A stretch of 64,000 nucleotides of DNA from Phycisphaeraceae bacterium (GTDB lineage Bacteria > Planctomycetota > Phycisphaerae > Phycisphaerales > Phycisphaeraceae), in contig OY771506.1 in the NCBI GenBank assembly GCA_963674705.1, positions 5,088,001 to 5,152,000 on the forward strand, in the 5' to 3' direction. Both the position numbers and the translations under genes were made by a program. Shown in pieces: positions 19,596 to 27,923 of this stretch (positions within the stretch are counted from its first letter, which is position 1; every line of letters starts with the position of its first letter). The notes under the pieces were generated by a model. It was not told where the DNA came from. It was given only the letters and a program-made list of their open reading frames with translations, and made no database searches.

Positions 19596-19983
19596 TGTCA
19601 GATACCTGCTTGTAGGTGGGTATGCTGTGGGGTTCCATGGCTACGTGCGCTACACGAAAGATCTGGACGTGTGGATCGCTATCAGCCCAAGCAACGCCGA
19701 ACAAGCCGCGCGGGCGATCGAAGTATTCGCCGACGTAAAAGTTGATCCATCGAAGTTCTTATCGCCTAGATTACTGCTGCAAATCGGCAATCCACCAACC
19801 CGCATTGAATTACTGACCGAAGTAGATGGCGTTGAGTTTGATGAATGCTACGAGCAGCGAGAGACAATCCTGGCTGACGGTATACCCATAAACCTGATAT
19901 CGCTATCCGATCTTCGTAAAAACAAACTGGCAAGCAAACGTCCGCAGGACCTGGCCGATCTGGACAATCTGCCGGAGAACTGA
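19543..19983 (+). CDS. Minimal nucleotidyltransferase (DUF6036/Pol-beta-like)
   Basis: YLLVGGYAVGFHGYVRYTKDLD, NKLASKRPQDLADL. Confidence 0.8.
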   Translation: MHLTPDFREFLSLLNDHDVRYLLVGGYAVGFHGYVRYTKDLDVWIAISPSNAEQAARAIEVFADVKVDPSKFLSPRLLLQIGNPPTRIELLTEVDGVEFDECYEQRETILADGIPINLISLSDLRKNKLASKRPQDLADLDNLPEN

Positions 19984-20028
19984 CTGCTCAAAAAGTGTGG
20001 GTTCGGGACAAGGGCAGGCTGTTGAGGT

Positions 20029-20083
20029 TGGAGACCTTCGGTCAGTTATTTCGGCGGGGTCGGGAGAGGCGCGCCGAGCGCGG
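20029..20083. repeat. 55-bp REP-like repeat (family F), copy 2
   Basis: Direct repeat of 19293-19347. Confidence 0.9.
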
Positions 20084-20129
20084 GGTTTGTCACAAAGCGT
20101 TTTTGGTAGTCGATATATGCAGATTTTCA

Positions 20130-20158
20130 TTGACTTTCGCCGATCAGGATAGTATGGT
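20130..20158 (+). promoter_or_regulatory. Sigma-70-like promoter
   Basis: TTGACT-N17-TATGGT. Confidence 0.45.
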
Positions 20159-20430
20159 GCGAAGACTAAACCAGCGACCCCCTCGCTGAGTACTTAGGGG
20201 AACAGACAATTAAAGGTTTTACCGCAAGCCACATTTGTTCTCGACGAATGCAGGAGACATTGATGGTGCGCCGATGGTTACGTGCATGCCGAACGACCAC
20301 CGATATGGTGGCCGGTTGTTTGTGCGCTGTTGCCGGTACTTGTATTGAATGAATAGCGTGTTGTTTCTGGGTTTTGTTTTTAGGGGATAGTTACCGGTAA
20401 ACGCGACAACGTTGCCGGCAATACAAAGAG

Positions 20431-22932
20431 ATGCGGGGTGTACACATGATCAGGTGGAATTCAAACAGCCAAAGTGATACGGATTCAACAGGCTCGAAGA
20501 TGAGAGCTATACATGATGGTCCGCACATGATCGAACCGCTCGAACCGAGGTTTTTGCTGTCGGGTTCGATCGGTGCACAGTTTGTGGAGGTCACGACGCC
20601 CGCTGAAATGGACGGGTACCGCACGTTTGATCTGCAGGTGACCTGCACGGAAGACTGGTCGTTTGCGTCGCTGCTGATCGAGATGGATGAGGGCTCGATC
20701 TACCAGGACGCGGCCGGGACGGACCTTAAGCCGAACGCGACGCTGTTCGGTGCGTACCCGACTTTGGAATATGACACGTACATCACCGCCAACGGCCACT
20801 CGCTTTCGGTGCTGGGCGGCGCGCGTGAGATCGGCGGAAGTGAATTGCAGTTCGACACCGACGAGATCGACATCACCTGGTTTGATCTATCCCAAAATGA
20901 CACGGGCACGTTCGTTGTTGCGCGCGTGACGGTGACGGATGACGCGTCGGGTTTCCTGGCGATGGAAGCGCTTGGCAGCGGCAATGACTTCAACGTCTGG
21001 TCAACTTTCAGTAACGGCGACCTGACAAGCCTGACGCCGGCGGATGCGCGCGATCCCACGCCGATGCCCCCCGCCCCCGAGCCGACCGTGCCGGTGGACA
21101 ATACGGTTCGTGTTGTGGAAGTGGACAATTCATCTGCGCTAACGGGGTACAAGACATACGACATCGTCGTTTCGACCGAAGGCGACTGGAGTATCGCCGG
21201 CCTGTTGATTGAATTGAACAAAGGCTCGATCTACCAGGACCCGGCGGGCTCGGACCTCGCACCATACAGCGCGTTGTTTACCGCTTACCCGACACTGGAA
21301 TTTGACTCATACGTTACAACGAACGGGAATTCGACTTCGATCGCTGGGCATGCCGGAGAACTGGGAGGTTCACAACTTCAATTCGATGAATCCCGGATTG
21401 ATATCGTGTGGTTTGACATTCAAAAAGATGATGTGGGCGTATTCTCGATCGCCCGGATAACACTTTCAGATAACGCAGCCGGTCACTTCAGCCTACTTAC
21501 GCACTATGGGTCTTACAAACACCAGGAGTCCTACAACTTTATCAATGGCAAGCTTCATGAATCTCCGCTGCCGGAGCCCGCACCGCCCGCGCCGCCCGCG
21601 CCGATGGTCGCATCATTTGTCGAGGTCGATAACAGCACGAGCCTTTCCGGATACAAGACCTATGACCTGGTCGTCAACAGCGAGACGGACTGGACCGATG
21701 CGTCTCTTCAGCTTGATCTGACGCAGGGTGAGATCTATCAGGACGCAGCGGGCACGGTGCTTGCCCCGAACCCCACGACATTCCAGAGTTTTGCGTCGCT
21801 GCGCTTTGACACCTTTGTCACCGCCAACTTGAGGACGACCTCGATCGCGGGCGATGGTGATTCGGACAGCAGCGAGGAAGAGCGGTTTGACAGCAACGCA
21901 CTGAATATCACGTGGTCGGGGCCGGCTGAAAATGACACGGGCACGCTGGTGCTCGGGCGGATCACGCTTTCCGATGATGCGGTCGGCAGACTGAACCTGC
22001 GCATCAACAGTGAGGATAACGAATTCACGGATGCCGGTTACTTCTCGTTCGGCAACCTCGATGCGATGACGTCGACCTACACACCGGTCACGGCGTCGGC
22101 GGCCGACTTCACCGAAGACGGGAAAGGCGACATCCTCTGGCTGAATATGGTCAACGGCAAGCTGAGCCTCTGGCAGATGAACCGAACCGTGATGATGAGT
22201 AACACCGCCATCGCGTGTGATCTGAGTGATGATTGGTACGCGGTTGCGACCGGCGACCTGAACGGCGACGGGGCGGCCGACATCCTGTGGCGCAACCATG
22301 AAGACGGACGCAACATCGTCACCGAAGTGGACGGCGGTGAAGTCACTTCGAGCACTGAATTGCTGACGCTCAGGAACCAGAACTGGCAGGTCGGCGGCAT
22401 CGCGGACTTCACCGGTGACGGCAAGGCCGACATCCTGTGGCGCAACAGGCGCAACGGCAGGAACGTCGTCTGGGAAATGAACGATACCGAGTTTGTCGGC
22501 ACAACTGCTGTCAACCGGCTGAAGAACCGCGGATGGGTGATCGCGGGCACGACAGACTTCACCGGCGACGGCCAAGCGGACATCCTGTGGCGGCATGTCA
22601 GGAACGGCCGCAATGTGATTTGGGAAATGGACGGCACAACCCTGACAGAATCGTCCGTGATTAAACGGGCGAATAATCGGAATGTGCAAATCGCAGCCGT
22701 AGGCGACTTCACCGGCGACGGGAAAGCCGACATCCTGTGGCATAATCTGAAAACCGGTGACAACATCGTCTGGCAGATGGATGACACCGCGTATCACAAC
22801 GCCATTACTATCCAAGGCCAGAACAATCAGGATTGGCAACCCGCCGGGGCGATGCTCGGGCTGTGGGAAAACGCCAACTCGGGGACCGATGTCAATACAA
22901 AGGTTGGTCACAACGTGACGAGGCTGCGGTAG
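20431..22932 (+). CDS. Extracellular LEPR-xLL protein with three tandem ~150-aa beta-rich repeats and C-terminal FG-GAP/VCBS repeats
   Basis: IEPLEPRFLLS; three copies of VEV..GYxTyDL..GxIYQDxAG..FDTYVTxN..IxW....NDxG....RITL; Pro-rich linkers; five DFTGDGKADILW repeats; start uncertain (20431-20527). Confidence 0.85.
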   Translation: MRGVHMIRWNSNSQSDTDSTGSKMRAIHDGPHMIEPLEPRFLLSGSIGAQFVEVTTPAEMDGYRTFDLQVTCTEDWSFASLLIEMDEGSIYQDAAGTDLKPNATLFGAYPTLEYDTYITANGHSLSVLGGAREIGGSELQFDTDEIDITWFDLSQNDTGTFVVARVTVTDDASGFLAMEALGSGNDFNVWSTFSNGDLTSLTPADARDPTPMPPAPEPTVPVDNTVRVVEVDNSSALTGYKTYDIVVSTEGDWSIAGLLIELNKGSIYQDPAGSDLAPYSALFTAYPTLEFDSYVTTNGNSTSIAGHAGELGGSQLQFDESRIDIVWFDIQKDDVGVFSIARITLSDNAAGHFSLLTHYGSYKHQESYNFINGKLHESPLPEPAPPAPPAPMVASFVEVDNSTSLSGYKTYDLVVNSETDWTDASLQLDLTQGEIYQDAAGTVLAPNPTTFQSFASLRFDTFVTANLRTTSIAGDGDSDSSEEERFDSNALNITWSGPAENDTGTLVLGRITLSDDAVGRLNLRINSEDNEFTDAGYFSFGNLDAMTSTYTPVTASAADFTEDGKGDILWLNMVNGKLSLWQMNRTVMMSNTAIACDLSDDWYAVATGDLNGDGAADILWRNHEDGRNIVTEVDGGEVTSSTELLTLRNQNWQVGGIADFTGDGKADILWRNRRNGRNVVWEMNDTEFVGTTAVNRLKNRGWVIAGTTDFTGDGQADILWRHVRNGRNVIWEMDGTTLTESSVIKRANNRNVQIAAVGDFTGDGKADILWHNLKTGDNIVWQMDDTAYHNAITIQGQNNQDWQPAGAMLGLWENANSGTDVNTKVGHNVTRLR

Positions 22933-22949
22933 AGACAGAAGATAAAAGA

Positions 22950-22990
22950 AAACACCCACCACAAAATGCTGTGGGGGGTGTTTGTTTATT
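22950..22990. terminator. Probable bidirectional terminator
   Basis: aaacacccaccaca..tgtggggggtgttt stem with A/T flanks between convergent genes. Confidence 0.6.
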
Positions 22991-23012
22991 TAAAAATTGT
23001 TTATCGCATCGA

Positions 23013-23040
23013 TGTCATCCCCGCGTGCGCGGGAATGACA
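23013..23040. repeat. Palindrome of the ATTCCC-N8-GGGAAT type (family H)
   Basis: tgtcatccccgcg-tg-cgcgggaatgaca, 12/13-bp stem. Confidence 0.6.
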
Positions 23041-23059
23041 GACAAACACGATTGAATGC

Positions 23060-23575
23060 TTAGAGAAGCGACTTCGCTTTTTCAAGCACCGCGTCGTAAT
23101 TCGGTTCTTGAGCGACTTCCGGCACCAGTTCGATGTACTGGATGATGTCGTCCTTATCGACAACCATGACCTGGCGGGCGAGCAGGCCGATCTCCTTGAT
23201 GCGTACGCCGTAGGCTTTGCCGAAGCTGTGGTCGAGGTAGTCGGAGAGGCAGACGACGTTGTCGACGCCGGCGGCGCCGCACCAGCGTTTCTGAGCCATG
23301 GGTAAATCGACACTGACGGTCAGGACGACGGCGTCGTCACCGAGCTTCTGGGCTTCTTCGTTGAACTTGCGAGTTTCGGTATCGCAGACGGGCGTATCCA
23401 GCGAGGGGACGACCGAGATGATCTTGACCTTACCGGTGAAGTCGGCCAATGTTGTGTCGGACATATCGACGGCCTTGAGCTTGAAGTCCGGGGCGTCGTC
23501 GCCGACCTTCAGTTCATCACCGATGAGGGTCAGGGGGTTGCCTTTGAGGGTGATCGCGGCTGCGCGCTCGGTCAT
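23060..23575 (-). CDS. tpx: Thiol peroxidase (atypical 2-Cys peroxiredoxin)
   Basis: SVVPSLDTPVC, VSVDLPMAQKRWC, EPNYD; GAAAGGA before ATG 23575. Confidence 0.95.
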   Translation of the reverse strand: MTERAAAITLKGNPLTLIGDELKVGDDAPDFKLKAVDMSDTTLADFTGKVKIISVVPSLDTPVCDTETRKFNEEAQKLGDDAVVLTVSVDLPMAQKRWCGAAGVDNVVCLSDYLDHSFGKAYGVRIKEIGLLARQVMVVDKDDIIQYIELVPEVAQEPNYDAVLEKAKSLL

Positions 23576-23690
23576 GTCTGTCATCCTTTCGTATCCCGAT
23601 CGGGGATTGGTTGTTTGAATAAGGGGTGTGCATCGGTCGCCCCGGTACGTTGGGGCATTGTAGACAGGTGATCGTCTCGGGCAACTGTGG

Positions 23691-24569
23691 CTACTTCGTT
23701 TCAAAGACGTCGGCATCTTTTAGGAACTGCTGGATATCCTGCCAGTAGGTCGCGGAGGGCGGGACGGTGTTGTGATCGGATTCATAATAAAGCAGTTTGC
23801 TCTTGGGATTGGTTGCCACATCAGCGAGACGTTGAGCGTGGCTGGGCGAGATGACGTTGTCCGCTTTGCCGTGCATGACAAACACGGGGTTCTGATATTG
23901 CTTGACGACGGATTCGGTATCGAACGGATCAAGCACAAAAAACGGCGGGACCAAAAATCTCCCAGCCATGCGTTTGATACTCGCCGGGCTGGATTGCAGG
24001 ATCAATACAGCAGACGGCCGATCTTTTGCTAGTTGAGAGATGACGCCGCCACCGAGCGATCTGCCGTGCAGGATGATGCGGTCGGGGTCGACCTCGGGGC
24101 GCTGGATGAGCTGGTCGTAGAAGTATCGGTAGTCGTCGGCGATATCTTTCTGGCTGGGTTTACCGGCCGACCTGCCGTAGCCCCGGAATTCCGGCAGCAG
24201 GATGCTGAAACCCATGTATCGGTAAGGTTCGAGCATATCGGGCCAATGGTCGATCAGTTCGCCGTTGCCGTGGGCGAAGATGACAAGCCCGCCGGGGTTT
24301 TGAGCGCTGACATTATCGCCGGGGATGAACCACGCCTCGACGTTGCCGCCATCGATCGGCCGAGTGAGTAACTCAGCGTCAGCGGGCCGATCGGTCTGCC
24401 CCCCTGCCATGGATCGTGGGAACAAAATCGCACGTTGAATGGCACAACCGATCAACAGCCAGCAGCAGTAGATGATCAGCAGGTAGATCATGAGACGTTT
24501 GATCAGGCGCAGCGGTCGACGCCTGGGCCTGTCGGGGATTTGTGCGTGTTCAGCCGTGTCGTCAGCCAT
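23691..24569 (-). CDS. Membrane-anchored alpha/beta hydrolase (ABHD13/BEM46-like)
   Basis: FAHGNGE, EFRGYGRS, HGRSLGGG, HGKADNVI. Confidence 0.85.
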   Translation of the reverse strand: MADDTAEHAQIPDRPRRRPLRLIKRLMIYLLIIYCCWLLIGCAIQRAILFPRSMAGGQTDRPADAELLTRPIDGGNVEAWFIPGDNVSAQNPGGLVIFAHGNGELIDHWPDMLEPYRYMGFSILLPEFRGYGRSAGKPSQKDIADDYRYFYDQLIQRPEVDPDRIILHGRSLGGGVISQLAKDRPSAVLILQSSPASIKRMAGRFLVPPFFVLDPFDTESVVKQYQNPVFVMHGKADNVISPSHAQRLADVATNPKSKLLYYESDHNTVPPSATYWQDIQQFLKDADVFETK

Positions 24570-24725
24570 CTTATCAACATAATAGCTTGTCTGATTACGG
24601 ATCAATAGCCCCTATCTTGTCTGAATAGGATTTGGTGCCTAATATGCCCTCCACACATGGGCGACCATTTCCGGGGTGACGGCTTTCAAGGCCGAATCAG
24701 GCCAATAACGAGGAGATTTTGCATC

Positions 24726-25712
24726 ATGAGCACTACAAGCGAACAGGGACGGGCCTTTCTGCACGGCAAGACCTACGACAACATCATCGACACGGTCTCG
24801 AACACCCCCCTGGTCAAACTCCGGCACCTTGCACCGAAAGACGCAACCGTGCTGGTCAAATGCGAATACTTCAACCCGATGGCGAGTGTGAAGGACCGCA
24901 TCGGTAAGGCCATGATCGAGGCTGCGGAGCGTGACGGTATCCTGAGCAAGGATACGCATATCATCGAACCGACCAGCGGCAACACGGGGATCGCGTTGGC
25001 GTTTGTGTGTGCGGCGAAGGGGTACAAGCTGACACTGACGATGCCGGAGTCGATGAGTGTGGAACGGCGGGCGCTGTTGCGGGCGCTGGGTGCGGATCTG
25101 GTGCTGACCCCCGCTGCCGACGGCATGAAAGGCGCGATCAGCAAGGCGGCAGAACTGGTCAGCACGACAGACAACGCGTGGATGCCCCAGCAATTTGAGA
25201 ATCCCGCCAACCCGAAGGTGCATTACGAAACCACCGGGCCGGAAATCTGGAACGACACGGACGGCAAGGTCGACATGATCGTCACCGGCGTCGGCACAGG
25301 CGGGACGATCACGGGGATTACACGCTACTTCCGCGAACGCAACGAAGACTTCCAGGCGCTTGCGGTTGAACCTGCTGAATCCCCAGTGATTACGCAAACG
25401 CTCGACGGCGATCCGATCAAGCCGGGGCCGCACAAGATCCAGGGCGTCGGCGCCGGTTTCGTCCCGGCGAACTGCGACATGATGCTGCTCAACGGCACGG
25501 AACGCGTCACGAGCGAAGAAGCGTTCCAATGGTCGCGCCGTGCGGCGCAGCAGGAAGGGATCTTCGGCGGGATCAGCACCGGCGCGAACATCTGCGCCGC
25601 GTGCCGAGTTGCATCGCTACCTGAAAACAAGGGCAAAACGATCGTCACGATCGCGTGCAGCTTCGGCGAACGCTACCTGTCAACGCCTTTGTTTGAAGGA
25701 TTGACAAGCTGA
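24726..25712 (+). CDS. cysK: Cysteine synthase A
   Basis: NPMASVKDRIG, EPTSGNTGIALA, GVGTGGT, HKIQGVGAGF, GERYLST. Confidence 0.96.
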   Translation: MSTTSEQGRAFLHGKTYDNIIDTVSNTPLVKLRHLAPKDATVLVKCEYFNPMASVKDRIGKAMIEAAERDGILSKDTHIIEPTSGNTGIALAFVCAAKGYKLTLTMPESMSVERRALLRALGADLVLTPAADGMKGAISKAAELVSTTDNAWMPQQFENPANPKVHYETTGPEIWNDTDGKVDMIVTGVGTGGTITGITRYFRERNEDFQALAVEPAESPVITQTLDGDPIKPGPHKIQGVGAGFVPANCDMMLLNGTERVTSEEAFQWSRRAAQQEGIFGGISTGANICAACRVASLPENKGKTIVTIACSFGERYLSTPLFEGLTS

Positions 25713-25823
25713 ATGTGAGAGCCGCTCCCATCGGACTCAACCGGTATTGCTGGTATCACATTAGTTGAAGATATTAGCGACAAGTCATCCGTAATATGTA
25801 TCAACAATTAACAGAGCTATACC

Positions 25824-26843
25824 ATGGAATACCGTTATCTCGGCAGAACCGGCATCCGCGTCAGTCCCTTGTGCCTGGGGTGTATGACCTTCGGCGGCAA
25901 GACGCTCAGTAATGATGCGGCAGACATGATCGATCGCGCGCTCGATGCGGGGATTAACTTCTTCGATACGGCGAACGTGTACGTCGGCGGCAAGAGTGAA
26001 AAGGCCGTCGGCAAGGCGTTCAAACGCAACGGCAAACGTGACCGGATCGTGCTGGCGACCAAGTGCCACGGCAATATGCATAAGGATAATCCGCTGGACC
26101 CCAACCGCTGGGGCAACTCACGAAGGCAGATCGTCGAGCAGTGCAACGCTTCTCTTAAACGACTCAAGACCGACTGGATCGATCTGTATCAGATACACCG
26201 GCCGCACGTGGACTGCCCGATCGATGAGACGCTGCGTGCGCTGGATGATCTTATCCGTGCGGGCAAGGTGCGATACATCGGCTGCAGCACGTTCGCGGCG
26301 TGGCAGGTGATGGAATCCTTCTGGGTTTCCGATCGGTATAACCTGAACCGCTTCGTCACGGAGCAGCCGCCCTACAACCTGCTGGATCGGCGGATCGAAC
26401 GCGAACTGGTCCCGATGGCGCAGACCTACGGCATGGCGCTGATCCCGTGGTCACCCTTGGCGGGCGGTTTCCTGACGGGTAAGTATCAGCGGAACGCGCA
26501 GCCGAGCGAGGGGCGTTATGCGGGCGATGACCGGAACCCCCGCGCCGATGAGATGCTCGCCAATGAACGGGCGCATGACATCGTCGACAAGCTGCGCGAG
26601 ATGTCTGCCGCCAAGGGTTGTTCGGTGAGTCAGCTTGCGCTGGCGTGGTGCATGCATCAGCCGGCGATCACCAGCCCGATCATCGGCCCGCGCACGATGG
26701 AACAACTCAACGACAACCTCGCGACGCTCGATGTCGAAGTGACGGATGAGGATCGCAAGGCATTTGATGAGCTATGCCCGCCCGGCCGCGCGGTGTATAC
26801 GTATTACGAAGCGAGCTTCGGACCGCATCCGCACCGGTGGTGA
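25824..26843 (+). CDS. Aldo/keto reductase
   Basis: LCLGCMTFG, FDTANVY, IDLYQIH, WSPLAGGFLTGKY. Confidence 0.95.
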   Translation: MEYRYLGRTGIRVSPLCLGCMTFGGKTLSNDAADMIDRALDAGINFFDTANVYVGGKSEKAVGKAFKRNGKRDRIVLATKCHGNMHKDNPLDPNRWGNSRRQIVEQCNASLKRLKTDWIDLYQIHRPHVDCPIDETLRALDDLIRAGKVRYIGCSTFAAWQVMESFWVSDRYNLNRFVTEQPPYNLLDRRIERELVPMAQTYGMALIPWSPLAGGFLTGKYQRNAQPSEGRYAGDDRNPRADEMLANERAHDIVDKLREMSAAKGCSVSQLALAWCMHQPAITSPIIGPRTMEQLNDNLATLDVEVTDEDRKAFDELCPPGRAVYTYYEASFGPHPHRW

Positions 26844-26880
26844 TTTTACGTTCTTACTGCGCTCGGCGCTGATTTCTTGA

Positions 26881-27103
26881 CCCCCTCTCCCCTCGGGAGC
26901 CCCCGGATATGGTTGGGGTGAGGGCCAGTGACCTTACGCGAACGTCTTCAATTTATAAGCACAATCAACCCAGCCCTCATCCCGGCCTTCTCCCGAGGGG
27001 AGAAGGTGTTAGTTTGCTCGCTTCTTACACGTGTTCGTAGTCTCATGGTTTGGAGACCTTCGGTCATGTGTTTCGGCGGGGTCGGGAGACCCGCGCCAAG
27101 CGC
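26881..27103. repeat. Repeat cluster: inverted pair of family E hairpins plus family F copy 3
   Basis: 26881-26926 and 26973-27006 are inverted copies of ccctcaccccggccctctcccgaggggagagg (cf. 17041-17075, 54171-54217); F at 27051-27103; between convergent genes. Confidence 0.8.
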
Positions 27104-27173
27104 AGCGCAGTTTGAAGGTTGTGCAGAAGCGTGGATTGCTGAAGCAACCACGCCGGATTTGGGCGAGAGGGAG

Positions 27174-27884
27174 TTAGTTATCCAGAAGTTCGAACAGCGG
27201 TGTCGGATCGGACAAGTCGTTGACGACGATGTCCGCGCCGGCGGCATGAAGTTCTTCCGCGGGGGTTCGTCCTGTGGCGACGGCGAAGGCGGTGCAGCCG
27301 TGGGACTTGGCACAATCGACGTCGTGCGGGGTGTCGCCGATGATGACGATGCGCTGCGGATCGGGTTCGGTCTGCGTCATGTCCTGGTAGCGGCGCATCG
27401 CCAATTCTGTCAGACCCGGTCGCGACGGGGCTTCGTCGCCGAAGCATCCCATGGTGAACCAGTCTCGCTGTAAGCCTGCGGCTTCGATCTTGATCTTGGC
27501 GGTTTCGGCGTAGTTGCCGGTGAGCAGGCCGAGCATGATGTCGTCTTGCGTTTGGATGCGCCGGCGCAGTTGATCGATCAGCTCAGGGATACCCGGCAGC
27601 GCATCGACCTTGTGACCTTGTTCATGGATCAGGCGTTTGAGTTCACGCCCGTATTCAAGGCGGAAGTCGTCGTGCTTTTGCGATGCATCATGATCGCAGT
27701 TGGCGATTGCATCGGCGAAGATGAGCGGGTCGAGCCTGCCGCCGAAGGATATGCCTTCGAAGGAGAAGCCATCGCCGCAGACTTTCTCGCCCGCAGTGCG
27801 CATCGCGACCTGACCGATGCCGCGTGCATTGACGAGGGTAAGATCGATATCAAAGAGCAGGAGCGTGTGCCGCATCGTACTCAT
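27174..27884 (-). CDS. HAD-family hydrolase (phosphoglycolate-phosphatase-like)
   Basis: LLFDIDLTL, LLTGN, IIGDTPHDV. Confidence 0.88.
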   Translation of the reverse strand: MSTMRHTLLLFDIDLTLVNARGIGQVAMRTAGEKVCGDGFSFEGISFGGRLDPLIFADAIANCDHDASQKHDDFRLEYGRELKRLIHEQGHKVDALPGIPELIDQLRRRIQTQDDIMLGLLTGNYAETAKIKIEAAGLQRDWFTMGCFGDEAPSRPGLTELAMRRYQDMTQTEPDPQRIVIIGDTPHDVDCAKSHGCTAFAVATGRTPAEELHAAGADIVVNDLSDPTPLFELLDN

Positions 27885-27923
27885 TTGCGCATTGCCTCCC
27901 ACTGCGATGCATTATCATGAAAA

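Noticed and set aside
21613..22962. 449-aa antisense ORF and similar shadow ORFs (e.g. 24639-25529, 30840-31544)
   Set aside because: Antisense to well-supported genes in high-GC DNA; no motifs
26928..27473. ORFs spanning repeat clusters (also 31571-31900, 19023-19517, 17119-17313)
   Set aside because: They are translations of repeat DNA or antisense of real genes
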